DNA of 52,436 nt, filler included, from Bipalium vagum (lineage: Eukaryota): assembly GCA_037834085.1 (NCBI GenBank). It is 3 parts of 3 records of this genome, joined end to end, with 100 filler letters (N's around TTAATTAATTAA, not from the genome) between each part and the next. Parts side by side here need not be neighbours in the genome. Positions count along the whole stretch, not along the records: positions 18,887 to 35,519 come from JBBMKC010101432.1; positions 35,620 to 52,436 come from JBBMKC010092483.1; 1 more part is not named here. One strand, given 5' to 3'. This document shows, piece by piece, positions 23,911 through 37,460 of this stretch. The notes beneath the pieces are model-generated. The model ran no database searches and was not told the origin of the DNA. It saw only the letters and a program-made list of their open reading frames with translations. The position numbers and the translations under genes were made by a program. The number at the start of each line of letters is the position of its first letter. Position 1 is the first letter of the stretch.

Positions 23911-24975
23911 TAGTCCCTGGCCTAGGACTTTGTGTAACATAACAATAATCACCACCTACTCATGAAAAATGTGTTGTTGTAAATACTGCTAAATATAAAA
24001 AACAAATTAAATACAGCTATTTAACTTAAATTTCGTGTTATCAATAACTATTTTAAAAATATGTTAAAAACGTGTTTAATTAATATGTTTCCATAGTAAT
24101 AGTAAGTCAAATATTTAAAATTTAATAAGTAATTTTAATTTTTATTATAATAATTTCTAAATACTTTTATGATTGTATTGACATATTAACACTTTTCTAT
24201 GCCGGAGAATATAGTATAGTACAGCGGAATCACCTGATAATAAAATGGATCAAGTATCATTAAGTATCTTTTCTATTTTAAATTTTTGCCATATAAAAAT
24301 AAAATAAAAATTTAATTTTCAAAATAAGCGTTATTTTTTTTTAATATTTAAACGTAACAGTTTAAATTTTAAAAAATTCGCAAAATTTAAATGTCAAAAA
24401 ATTCCAAGATTTATTTAGAATCGAAAAATTTTGGATTAAACGAGAATTAATATTGGAAGATCTGAAATAATATTGGCAGGGATGAAAGTAGTTAAACATT
24501 TAGAAATGAATTGGCCTTATTTTGTTACATTTATGTTTAGAACTTTGTGTGAGACGAACTCAAAAAGTAACAGTTTGCCAATTAATTTCAAGCCAAAGAA
24601 ATGGTAACAAGAATACGTTTCACGACTGATTCAAAATAAAAGAATTGTTCTTGGGAGTAATACAAAAATGTATTCACTTAAATTACATTCTTTCATTTCT
24701 CTTTGTGTACGAACCCGAAGTTTGGGTTAAGACTCGCTTTTGTTTTTGATCTGCGGTCATTAAATGTTGTTTCTAATTATGTCAATATTGGGCTGTATTC
24801 TCTGTAATTGATTGTACTGTAGTCAAGAGAATAATAAAGATTTTGACGACGCAAAACTTTGTTAATTCTTACAAAATTTATTAAACATGATAGCCCCTGG
24901 TCTAGAACTGTATGTAACATAATAATACTCACCACCTGCTCATGAAAAATATCATTTTGTAAATACTGCTGAATA
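23911..24975. repeat. Pair of ~85-bp diverged direct repeats (23911-23995 and 24891-24975)
   Basis: TAGYCCCTGGYCTAGRACT..TGTAACATAA..TCACCACCTRCTCATGAAAAAT..TTGTAAATACTGCT present in both. Confidence 0.85.
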
Positions 24976-25015
24976 AGAACATCTTTTATTGATAAAACAC
25001 CAAAAATATAGAGAA

Positions 25016-28000
25016 TCAAACGCCCAAAGTCACAATTTTGTCATCATATTTCGGGAAAATTTTGGAGCTCATTGGAATAAGAATGAAAAGCGCAAGTTGG
25101 CAAGCACTGAGACAAGATCCTAGGGAATTACATACCTGAAAAGTATGGTTTTAAAAGTGCTCTGCTTAAAAATGAGTTAATAAAAAGGTAAAATCGACAC
25201 CAAACACCTGATTCAAAATTGTGGATTAGGCATTTTATGGTTTCCAATATTTTATTAATATTTACGGCAATTCAAGAACTGTTGGTTCCGATCTTAGGGT
25301 GTCACATCAGACTATCGACACGTATTTCATGTATAATTGATTACTAAATTAATCAATAAAATTATTTTTTCACTTTAACAACAAAAAAAATTTTGATGTC
25401 TTCCATAATTGGTCGGATTTATCAAGGTTTGAAAATTATTCTATCAAGAAATTCCTTGAAAAGGTCGACTTGCTGAGATTTTCCATACTTAAACGAGCAC
25501 ACAATATCCATTTAAAGATTGTTTATTTTATAAGACAATAATTGAACAAAATATCGATTAATGAAATTTAAGAATGTAAACGGAAGTCACTCATTTCTGT
25601 GTTGAACAAAGTCAGTTAAATATCATATCTTAACCTAAAGTAGTCCCCAATTCCACTTTAATAATTTGCGAACACTGGTGAGAAAATGGTTCACGAGATT
25701 AATTATTAACACAACACCACACGCCCAATAACCATTGAAAGCAGAGACAGATTTTACTAAGTCCAGTCGATATTGATATGGTTTTGTTCAACGCGTTCAG
25801 TGAATAAAGGACAAATGAATACATAATAAAAATACTTTTAGCAACAACAAAAATTCTAACCGTCAATGAATAATCATTTTTCATAAACCCGTACGTCATC
25901 CATAAAAGAGCAATGATTAAATTTGAGAGACACAGCGAGAAGGACATCTCCTTTAAAGATTTAGTTTTCCACACGCTGCTCTACAAACAAATAATAATTT
26001 CAATTCAACAGTTATCGAAATTTCCCTTACTCCATGAAAACCGATATACAATTTTTCTGATTTTTAATCTTTTAAAATGTAGAACAAAAATATAAAACAG
26101 GCTCTCCTTTAGAAGTGAAAAGCCCACGATGTTTATATGTCATCGATCCATGGGTTCTCATTAAAATTTTGATATTAATCAGAAAATCTCAACTTTCACA
26201 GTTTCTTAAAAGTTTACATCTCTCAACCAACTTGATATTTATTCCTAAGGCTTCTGTATCTTGCACGAAGTGAGAAAAGGACAAGAAAGATGATGTGTGA
26301 AGAATTATTATCTAAACAATCTACTTGTATGAAGACAGATTTTGAATCAATCTTTAATGTTTCTCTTTGTGTCAAATCCCATAAAACAAGTTAAGATCTA
26401 CTAAAAAATTAGGTACGAGACATCTCCCCGAAATCTGGTGTTTATAGCCACTAATTCTAATAACCTATTGATTCCTACATTGTGGAGTATGATACTATAA
26501 CATTGTCGTAATATTTGCCAACATTAGAAAATTATTTTGTACCACCCACAGATATATAAATTGTTAAAAAAATCATATTTTTCAAACGATGATATTATAT
26601 CTCTCTCCACAGTTTGCTAATTTTAGAATTACCTGTTTAATAAAAATGAATTATGCGGGGAGATACTCAATAAGTTGATTACATAGGATACCGGATGTTT
26701 AAGTACATCCAACGAGTTCTGTTTACTGTGTATCACTGATCATCTGAATCAGAGAGCTTTGTACATCTGAAATGAAATAAATGAATCTGTTCTGGTCAGA
26801 CCGATCGAAAATTACAGTTCTCTTCTTTGCTTCATAGGTACCATAAGAGTCAATATTTTAAATACATGTTATAACAGAACCTTAAGTTATTTCTTGTAGA
26901 ATTGGGAATTGTATTCTTCCAGATCTTTTGCTAATAGCTTAATAAAAATAATAAAATAACCGAGCAATGAATCGAATACTCTGTACAAATAATAGCACAA
27001 CAATTGGATTAAACCTTTTAGAGACAAACAGAATTTCCTTTTGGTAGTTTGTCAAATATAAATAACACCATAATAAATAAAATTATTTTTATTTCAAAAA
27101 CAATTTAATTTGATGCGCAACATCAAAAAAATATATTGCGGTACATCGGTCTTTATTACTCTTGAGACTAGAATTTTCAATTTTAAGTCTTGATATTACT
27201 TCACCTCTTCACAAAGCTCAATTTCACTACCAAATTGAACGTAAATCTTTTGAAAAGATCTTTTGTAAATAAGTTAACATTAATTATTGATAAAAATTAA
27301 TTAATCAATTTGAAAAAATTTTTTTGAATTACAATAAATAAAATTTATTAACAATATTATCTATTTATCGATTTACGATTTTAATTAAAATCATTAATTA
27401 TTTTATATCGATTAGATTTAACAAAATTTTCGTTTTATTACATGTGATAATCATAGGAAAATATTATTATTTTCATTTCTTAACTAACGGAACTGTCCAA
27501 ATTATATATTAATACGTTTTATATAATTAAATTACTTTTTCAAAAATATAAATAATTATTATAAATTTTGTATTAATAGATAATATATTAGAAAACAAAT
27601 GTTTTATAGTTTTCGCAATGTTATCAATTAGAGCTTCTTAATACTAATTAAATGCTTTTCATAGAAAAAAGTATTTTCTTCAGGAAACTCTTCCACTTCA
27701 GCTTTCATTGTTGTTGTGGTTACCATATTTATTGCCCAAAATATAATTGTTTCATAATTTATTTTCTACCTAATGTGAATATTCAAAGAAATTTTATTTG
27801 TCAAACAATGAAACATTTATAAAATAATATTGAACGGTAATATTGTGTGGTAATTCAAATTAAACAGTCTATATACCGGGGAGAATTAAGGTCAATCTCA
27901 GAAAGAAATTAATGGATTAACCGGAACCAGTAAAGTTTTAAACTACTGGATAAATGATGAAGGAAGGATCGAATGATTATTAACATTAACATCTAAAAAA

Positions 28001-29371
28001 CAACGGATATCCAATTTAATATCATTTCACACCTCTCTAACGCAGTTTTCCAAATCGATGAAAAAATTTTCCATTGCCTATGATTTCCCATAAATTTTCA
28101 ATGGGATATAAGTTGGCACTACATGGAGTCCTTGATTCAAGAACATTACCCTTCGTCTTGATAATTAAAAAAAATTAATTTATATAAAATGTATGTCATA
28201 AAAAATTGTTTCAAAAATAAGAGTTTTCAAAGTTTTCAGCATTACATTTATATTGACTGTTTTATGTAAATTAATATTGGTGAGATCAATTTCAATTTTT
28301 TTTGGTGAATAAATAACCCATAATTAAATTATAAATAGGTATTATATCATTTTTTACTTTATTTGGGTTGATATTTTAGATATTACAATATTAATATGTA
28401 CAATACAAATGTAATTTTAAAATTAAAGACTCCTGTGGTCAGATTACAGTTCTCGTAAAAGTGATATAATCAAAAAAAAAATTAAATGGGGATCGAAAAC
28501 GATTATAATCCCAATCATACATCGCAATCTTAGTGATAAGATTGGATAAGTTAAAGCATGAAGATCCCTCAACTAGAACACTGATTCAGACCAGTCCTGA
28601 TCCAAAAACCGCTCTGGAATCCAATTTCTATCTTTAATGTCTTTATTTGATTCAAAACCACGCTTTTTACTCTACCAATCCAAATAAACTTGTTGTCAAA
28701 AATCATTACAGACAAATGAAATTTATTTATTTTTTATAAATTAAATTCTCATCCGACAGTATTTTCTGATAAGCTTACAAGATTCACTTACTATTGCTGA
28801 AAGAGGAGATCCAAATGCTATAACCGACATCAGAGCACAGTAAAATTGTAGAAAAGAGATTTGAGTATCGATTGAGCTTGTGATATGGACCAACAAACCG
28901 ACGGCAGTCAAAATCGCCGCAAATAAACTAGGATTAATGAGAATAAACTTCATGAAAAATAAAAATGAATATAAAAAACAATTTAAATTGAAATCACTTT
29001 GTTCTTTGAATATAAAATAAATACGACGATAATCAATCCGCTCGACATGGCAGCAATTGTATTGGAGAATATAAGAGGTTTATCAAATTTTAGAATACCA
29101 TATTTCAACCAACAAAGAGACCTTTAATTAAATATATTACGGAGATTGTAACAATACTCTTTACGATGAAACATAAGTACAGTATGGGAAATATGAAAAC
29201 TGGTCTGATGACGCCCTTCTTTTAATACGTCTAATGATTAATCTGAAATAAGAATAACAACAAGATTAAAAGATATGATTAATTAATGTGACAAACTTAC
29301 AATATTATTCCATTTTGCAAGAAAGAGCATATAGTGGCCAAAGTTCCAACTGATTCTGTGACTGATAACAT
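25016..29371 (-). CDS. SLC50A1: SWEET (MtN3/saliva, SLC50A1-like) sugar transporter, 6 exons
   Basis: Exons ~29371-29301, 29242-29165, 29121-28998, 28947-28792, 25980-25861, 25135-25016, all GT-AG in frame. Two MtN3 halves: IKRRASSDQFSYFPY..WLKYGILKFDKPLIFSN and GSPLSAISSVWKTKSLKEMSF..LWMTYGFMKND..CNSLG...QLALF. Poly(A) signal ~24985-24990. Confidence 0.9.
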
Positions 29372-29899
29372 GTTTAAATCATAAAATCGATTATATTATG
29401 AACAGGTAAAGAAATCTGTAAAATGTTGCAAATGCAAAAATTTTAATATCATCTATTTGGCATAGATAAACAACTTTTCGGAGAGTGAAGTATATTTTAA
29501 TATAAAAACTGATCGATTTCATTTATTAATTTTTAAAAGAATTAATTAAAATATAAAAATTATTTTTATTTTTTATCAATTATAAATATCCAATCGATTT
29601 TTCTGTGTAAAGAATACTCAGGACCTCAGAATTGTTTGGCCCAAATACAATTACATTTTCTTTAACATTAATATCATGATATTAATATCTGGGAAATATT
29701 AAATATTTACTAAATTTAAGGAACGATAAAATCAATTGTTAAAAAGAAATAAAACATTTAATTTTATGGGTATCGTGTAAAAATTTGACTTGACACATAA
29801 TAAAATGAAATTTTATATTTATATTAGAGCGAATCGTCAGTAATTTTTAGTTTTATAATAAAATAATGAAGAACTATGTAAGCTAAGCTTATTTTTTAA

Positions 29900-30342
29900 A
29901 TCTCCGAGTAAAGAACATAAAGTTCATCTATCTCTCTCCAAACATTGATGATACATACCCTTGTATATGGACACGAAAAATTCTTGGTATCCCTTCCAAA
30001 TCATTAAAGGTTCCATTACTCTAAAAGGATTACAATCTTTTACGGGTATATTTTTAAATGACATAAGAAAAATAAAATTCTTTGAGATAACATTTACTAA
30101 AAGTCTTTATTTATTGATGTACACTAAAGACAATTTGTAGAACTCAATCTTATTCACTGCTCATACCTTCCTGCTGTTCTCTTTCTCAGCTTATTCTGTA
30201 GAACTGAACTATCACGGTGAACTCGCCAGTTACAAACAAGTCGTAGGTCGAGCTTCTTTTTATTTGTCAGATTCCTGTTCTGTGATTCTTTAAAAATATA
30301 AATCTTGAATTTGACTATATAGTTTTTTCTTTTTGAACTCAT
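29900..30342 (-). mobile_element. pogo-like transposase remnant (Brinker-type HTH start)
   Basis: MSSKRKNYIVKFK...VCNWR followed by MEPLMIWKG; decayed. Confidence 0.5.
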
Positions 30343-30839
30343 AAAAGTGCTGAATAATATTGAATATAAAACATGCTGAAGAGATTAAATCTTAATTTTT
30401 TTTAATCAAAATAGTTTTGTTGGGTTCTGGGGATAATAATTATGATAATGATGATAATTAATAATTAATAATAGAAATATTTTCTTATTTGGGTCCATCG
30501 TCAAAAGGAGATATGGGTGGGTTTCCACGTTTATTGTCAAATTAGCTCCATCGTCGGAACATTGAAATTTTGTTCTGTTTTGACGTGGAGACAAAATTGG
30601 AGATTTAGGCTCATTTTGGGTATTAGCAGCCCGGAATCATCATTCGAGCGTGGAGATTGGTGATGGTATCTTATCTCCAAGCCTATATTGGGATCCATAG
30701 AAAAAGAGGTCTCAGCAATCAATTCAAATCCAAAGCCCGCAAAGGAGCCAGAACAAGTGCTTATGAAGGATGATTCTCCAAAGCTCATAATTGACACTTA
30801 ATAAACATTTTAATTGTGAAAATTTGCATGAAAAAGCCT

Positions 30840-31706
30840 TGTTAGGCTTACTTTCTCTTATATTATGATTCGTTTCATGTGTTATTTTATATTTTATAAA
30901 AAATAATAATATTTAAATTATACACTCGTTTTTAATTAATATAAATAAATAAAATAATAATAATATAAATTGTGGGTTGAGGTTAATTAAAACTTAATCC
31001 ACAAAATGAGTAAAAATAATTATAATGAATAATAATGAATCAGAAAATAAAACCTACTAAAAATATATAATTATAAAAAAATATTAATATGTGGGAGGTT
31101 ATATTTAGTAATTTCTATAATATAAGAACTTTCTTAAAATAGCAAAAACTCACATATTACTCTATTAATGGAAAGTTTTGTTTTCCACCAATCAAGAGAT
31201 CAGGAATATGATAATCAGGAGTATATAAGATCTTGGTTTTCTCATTCAAATCGCAATTAACTTCGCATTAGACAAGTTAAGCTGGTAAAAGGTAATAAAT
31301 ATGTTTCGGCTATTTAAAACGTACATCGATCTCTTTTGAGAAAAATCATATTAATTAAATAATCATTAACGTATTCAGAGCAAATACTCTGCAATACGTT
31401 CTTTTTATTATATTTTCTCTTTTCTGTTTTTTGTCATCTTGGCATTTCGATTCTGCTTCGCTCTAAGCGATAGAATACGTATTTTAAACATCAGGGCTTC
31501 TTCGGTTATCGCAAAACCAAGAAGACTTTCATTAATTAATATTATAATTGTGATAAGAGTTGTATTTGTTTTACAAAATATATTTTTGTAATAAAAATCG
31601 GGTTATCTTAGTTGATTATAGTTAGATTTAGTTCGTATCTTAGAACACTCATTTGTTATACTGCCTTTGAAGGGGTTTGTGAGCCCCTATCTAACCTATA
31701 CTAATA
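30840..31706 (-). repeat. LTR-like repeat family X, copy B (inverted relative to copy A)
   Basis: Bounded by TGTTAG...CTAATA (short terminal IR); reverse-complement similarity to 17818-18684. No matching TSD found. Confidence 0.75.
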
Positions 31707-31707
31707 G

Positions 31708-32403
31708 TGTTAGCATTTTATATTTTTGAGATTAGATCTCGCAGTAAGCGTCGAACCAAAAACTTACACCTATATAAATAAACGGCTATTCCTGAAAAGG
31801 GCCGCAAAATAAATTTCAGAATGAATTCCCGAACAACGTTTAGGAAAAAGAACTTCCAAAATTCAGAATGACAAGTTGACAGGCAATTCCAGACGATTTT
31901 CCAGAGGACCCGACGATGATTTCAAGACGTTCGTAATGATTTGTTTTTTTAAAGTGGATATGCTTTCGCAAGAGAATTTTACAGCGGGTCCTGTCGAGCT
32001 CGGGACTCTCTAGAAGATCTGAAAAGGTCCTAGTGGATGACCTGGTGACCTGTTGTCGCTGCGGGTGAGATCGATCTCTTTTTATTTTGTTTTCATTTTC
32101 TTCACTTAATCATTATTATCGATTCCCATTGCTATTATTGATATTATTGATTTGATTCTTTTTTTATTACCATTTCCATTGGACTTGATTTCGTTTCATT
32201 TTAGAAATTGATATATTCACGGTTTTGATTTTGATTTATGAATTTATTTTGAATTGTAGTCGTTGTGATAAAGTGAATAAAGTTTTATTCAATGTGGTTT
32301 GATTCATTTTGGTTTTAAATTCGAAAAATAAGCACAGCATCATCAAAGTGAGGAGTTACTGATAGACAAGCTAAGGCTACTCTGTTAAGATATAATAGTA
32401 ACA
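31708..32403 (+). mobile_element. Possible solo LTR (TGTTA...TAACA)
   Basis: TG..CA ends, GC-richer core, TATATAAA near 31771, AATAAA near 32276; no convincing TSD. Confidence 0.4.
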
Positions 32404-33180
32404 ATAACAATATTATTGATTTATTAATAGTATCAGTAACTTAATTATTTGAGATTAATTAAAATAATTATTTAACTTGTAATTGGAATTTTGATTTTAA
32501 TATTAACTTTCACAACTAATTTAAGTGTTGAAGCTTGTATAAAATTAAGAATTCTTGAAAAATAAATCCATATTAATGAGATAGTACCAGGCTTGGTTAT
32601 CAGATATTACTAGGACAAGTAAAGTGTTTCTGTATATAAAAAAGCTTTCTTAATTTAAATCCTTTACATTTAACAGGTACATTTTCACTGTAATATATAT
32701 TAGAAGTTATATAAAAATGGAAGATTAATTGTATGATATAGAAAGTCTAACAATGCAGTGTCAAAGTTAGACAATCAGACTGAACTATTATTTTTCAGGT
32801 CAATACAGCACTATTTGGCTGGAAAAAATTAAAAAATACAGAGGACATTGAATTACTTTGACTCACAGGAACCTGAAATTTCCAGCAAATGGAATCGTGA
32901 TTTGGGTGTAAGATGGTGGAACATCATTTATATAAATAATGATTACTTTATGGATTAAGATAGTGTGTGCTTTGTTTCATGTTTTATTAATATATATTGC
33001 AAAGCCTAAATTTGTTATTGCTCGCCCTGATACAATAAAAAAAGTTATAAGACGTCAACAATGAAAAATGATAATATTAAAAAAATTTAAAAATTATAAC
33101 AATTTTTAATACTAGGTCAGTCTACGTACTATATATAAAATAATACAAGCATATTATTACTTATATAATTATTAGTTTCA

Positions 33181-33713
33181 TTAATATAATACCAAGGGTG
33201 CATCGGTTTCAGCAGCCTTTGCTTCTTCCTTTGGCTGTGGTCCTTCTTTGGGCTTGATTTTAGAACAGAATGCAATAAAAATAATGTCACAAATGATAAA
33301 AATTATGAAAGCTAGGCAGTTCAGTGTGAAACTATAACCATACATCAGTTTTAAATCTTTTGCTCCAAATACTCTCAAACTAACTTCGTGGCACTTGATA
33401 ACTTCCAATGACATTTCAATGGACATGAATGAAGATATAGCTGAAATAAATCATTTATTATCGCAACGATCGTAACGGAGATATACAAATTTTACCTGTC
33501 ATAAAATATAGGGCAGCTGTCAGTCTCTTGATAGTATATCTTGGTGTATATATGCTATAGCAGTTGAATAAAAGAGTTAATGCTAACAAAAATATGGCCA
33601 TGATATTGAAAACTGCTCTAGACCGGAAGTATCCTGAAATACATATCCTGTTAAATAATAAACTCGTTTTCCATTCTTACAATTATTATTATTAATAATA
33701 ATATTATTATTAA

Positions 33714-33753
<40 letters not shown>

Positions 33754-33824
33754 GATGTCTTAACAATCATCATGACAGTCAACTGGTTGATTATACCTTT
33801 AATAACAACCTTTGTAGGTCGCAA
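33181..33824 (-). CDS. Claudin/PMP22-like (Claudin_2 family) tetraspan membrane protein, 3' part
   Basis: Exons 33633-33496 and 33440-33181 (55-nt intron), plus a probable exon 33824-33797. YFRSRAVFNIMAIFLLALTLLFNCYSIYTPRYTIKRLTAALYFMTA...YGYSFTLNCLAFIIF gives three TM segments and the YGYSF motif. 5' exons not found. Confidence 0.7.
33680..33753. repeat. (ATT)n microsatellite in intron
   Basis: Directly visible; source of the poly-Ile spurious ORF. Confidence 0.9.
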
Positions 33825-34159
33825 CTGAAAGTGAAAAATAAACAATTGTTCTAATGCTATATTTAGAAAGAGATTTGGTCAGAATGTCACAAAGAGAGTG
33901 AAGCATCTTTTATTATCCACAAAAATCAAAAATTTTCATTAATTTTTAATTTTAATTATATATTTTTTTAAAGAAACCTGAAACTTTGTAAACTTTTTTA
34001 AGAAATGAAAACTTTCAATAAAAACTGTGCAAACTTTTATAAAGAATAACTTTTCTTTGGAGAAATATTTTTATTTCATATAAATAAAATTCTGAATTTC
34101 AAAAATTGGTACATAAACATTTTTTTATTCTGATTTATAATATAGATTATTTAAAATAT

Positions 34160-35360
34160 AAAGAGTGTCCATAATGAAAAGTGGTCAATTACAAACTGTG
34201 ATAACTTTTGAATAGGTTGCTATAATACTCTAAAGTTCCTAAAAATATAAGTTTAATTGGGTTAAGAAAATCGTTTTAGGAACTTTTATGTAACTCAACA
34301 AAAAACTATAATCAAAAGGGTTCAAAGCAAAAATATGTCACACTAATTTAAAAGTGAAATTATTTAAATCTAATTATATAAATTAAACGTTTGAAGATTA
34401 AATATTAAATGTAAGTACTTCTGTCTGTCGAATACTAAGATTTTATAAAAAAATTATTTAGTAAGATTAGTAAAATTGCAAGATTAACCGACACCGAGAA
34501 GGAAACAATCTTTGCCTATCACGACACCGGAAAATCGAACAGGTGGATCGGTACTAAGTTAGGGAAAAATGAAAATAGTATAAGATAATTTTTGAAGAAT
34601 AAAAATAACGAAAAGAAGACACGGGGTCCTAAGGCAAAGATTTCCACAGCAACGAAGCGTTCCATTATTAGGAATGCCAGCAACCAAAGAATATCCTGTG
34701 CGAAAATAAAAACACGAAAAAAAAGAGAGTATTAGAAAGATTTTAAATAAATCTACGACGATCCGGTATAAGAAGATGTTGGTAAAACCTCCTTTGAAGC
34801 CACAACATAAAATCAATCGTGTCTGCTGGGCTAAAGAGAAAATGTCGTGGGTCACCGAATGGGAAAAAGTCATCTGGAGGGACTAAAAGAAGTTTTATTT
34901 GGATGGACCTGACGGTTTTGCATATTATTGGCACGATTTGCAGAAGGAGGATATTTTTTTCAAAAAAACACACTGGAGGAGGTTCCTAGTTGATTTAGGG
35001 TTGTTTCAATTACCACGGGAAGTCGAATCTCGCGATTATTACCGGCAGGCTAAATCAATTTTATTATTTAAATGCTTTTAGGAGAACATGGACTTCTCTT
35101 TATGAATGATTTTGGTGGAGACAAACCAATTTTCCAACAGGATAATTATCGATGCCATGTTGCACGTTCCACTTTGTAATGGCTACAAGACAGAAATATC
35201 AATGTTATGTCTTGGCTACCCTATTCACCAGACCTGAATTTCATAGAAAATCTTTGGGGATACTAGGACGTCGGGTATATGCTAATGGGAAAATTTATGA
35301 ATCAATTTCAGAGCTGGAACGAGAGGTAATTCGCTGTTGGGTTATGAAGTGATCTATTCC
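34160..35360 (+). mobile_element. Tc1/Tc3-like transposon, decayed
   Basis: KPPLKPQHKINRVCWAK..W..W.KV..FYLDGPDGFAYYWHDLQK..FQQDN..YSPDLNFIENLWGILGRRVYANG; several frameshifts. Confidence 0.88.
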
Positions 35361-35519
35361 CATGGATGTTCAACTAAATATTAACAATTAAAAATAATTC
35401 AAGATGTATTTTTTGTTATAATATACGTCTTTTGTAAATATGCGGCAATAAATTATTGGTATTTTTTAAGTTAATTTTTACTTTTTTAAAAATTGTTTTC
35501 GTATATTTATTTATATATA

Positions 35520-35619
35520 NNNNNNNNNNNNNNNNNNNNNNNNNNNNNNNNNNNNNNNNNNNNTTAATTAATTAANNNNNNNNNNNNNNNNNNNNNNNNN
35601 NNNNNNNNNNNNNNNNNNN
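35520..35619. other. Assembly gap with TTAATTAATTAA linker
   Basis: Directly visible. Confidence 0.95.
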
Positions 35620-37119
35620 TTATTATTAAATGGATTTTCTATTCTATAAGAATCCATTAATATTTCAGAATATGTTCAAAAATTGAAATATCTATTATAC
35701 TGATTATTGCATCTTATACCGACCGTTACATATTAATAAATGTAATCGAATGTAATTATTATTTTGAGATATTGGTTTTTTTTGTTATTCAATACTCGTA
35801 AAATACAAATACTTAAAATAATTAATTATGATGATTATTAGTATAATAATATAATTATTATATTTTAATGCATTCAACATTTGTCACAGATTTTTAAAAT
35901 TCATTAAAATAGCTCAAAAGTGAATTAGTGAATTCCGATAAAAGTGAATTTTTTAAAACTCTTGAAGATTTTCATCAGATATTTCTTAAGAAATTTTATT
36001 AATAAGATACCATTTAAACAATATAAATGTCACTAATTGATGAAGGCGAAAAAGATAATACTGTAGATAAATGCCTCTGTTACTCTCACAAATCATAAAA
36101 TATGAGAGCAGTGATTTAATCAGCTTGTTATCATTATTAAGATTAAAATTTAAGTAATTGAAGAAATTAACAATATTTCAGTCAAACAGTGTTCGATCAA
36201 TTTTGTGATTTCAATATCTTTTTGACGTAATCATTTTGTAGGAGCTTGCCCTTAGAAGTCTAGCAAAGGAATTACAAGATAAGTAAAGTTATATATCGTT
36301 CTTGAAAGTAAACATTTATAATACAGAAATTCATACCAGCATATTAAGCTAAAACAGTTTCCTGATGTACAGGAAATGTTGGAAGACTCAGGAGAATGTT
36401 CTTTATGTGGTGGTACTTATCGAAGCATTTGGATAGAATGTGTTCATTTTGTTAGAAGAAAATCAAAAGTATTGTTTAATGTTTAAGAAATGATTTTCAT
36501 TAAGATTTTAGGTAAAGGGTTTGCAATCATCTTCTTCAGATTTACCACTTAGAGCTGCAATTTGTAGTCACTCTTGTTTCAATAGTAAAGAACACCAATT
36601 TTATGGAATTGCCCATCCTTGACTGATTTTGTTATGAATAAAATTAGCTCAATATTATAAAATAAATTAAGTAATTATCAAGGTTGACGTATAACAAAAC
36701 AGATAAAAGAATTCTGTTTAAATAATCTAATGGTTTTTGTAGAGCCGCTATCTGACAGTTAAAATAATTATCAATACGTTACAATAGCTTATTATTCTGT
36801 TTATACAATGATTTTATAATATAATATAATAATAAAGTATTTATTCTATTATGGAAACTTTACTGACTCTGTATTTAAAGAAAATTTTCTCTGGGTGAAT
36901 TTTGTGTCCACAAGCGAATAATTGAATCAAATTATCATAAATGAGCTAGTTAAAAAAGTATAAGACATTAAATATCAAATTTATTTAATAATATTATATT
37001 ATAGTTTTTCCGCTATCGTAATTTCTCTTAATTTTCTTAGCATTAGGATCTAATTAATAGACAATTAGGTTTCTGCTAAATCTAGAACAGTGTTAATTTA
37101 AAATACATCGGATACTTTA

Positions 37120-37460
37120 CTTATAATTATTATTCTGTCCAGAGGCATTAACACAAGAAATTATGGTAAGCTTTTCTTTTGAATTTTTGATCCCATATGC
37201 CTTTTTTCCTGCTTTACTATCAATGTTCTATCATTTAGATTTTTATACATTAATGATGTCTCATCAGCATTATAAATCTGTTCAGGATACAATTTCCAAT
37301 TAATAATAATTTCTTGCATGAAAATATGAACACATTGTCAAACTCTTGGTTCATTGTGAGATAGGTCTTCGCCACATATCCTAAAAGAGTGAAAACAACC
37401 CGTTTAAAGTTTTGGAGCCATATCATACTGGCTTGAAAGGGAATTTCGATATTTAAGGAA
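37120..37460 (-). mobile_element. pogo/Tigger (jerky-like, DDE_1) transposase remnant
   Basis: FQASMIWLQNFKR..ICGE..YPEQIYNADETSLMYK..KEKLTIISCVNASG. Confidence 0.85.

Noticed and set aside
33651-33845. ORF with poly-isoleucine 'TM helix'
   Set aside because: Translation of an intronic (ATT)n microsatellite.
35880-36630. Cys/His-rich coding-like stretch (CSLCGG..; CSHSCF..YGIAHP), possible MULE/SWIM remnant
   Set aside because: Too decayed to assign a family or boundaries by eye.
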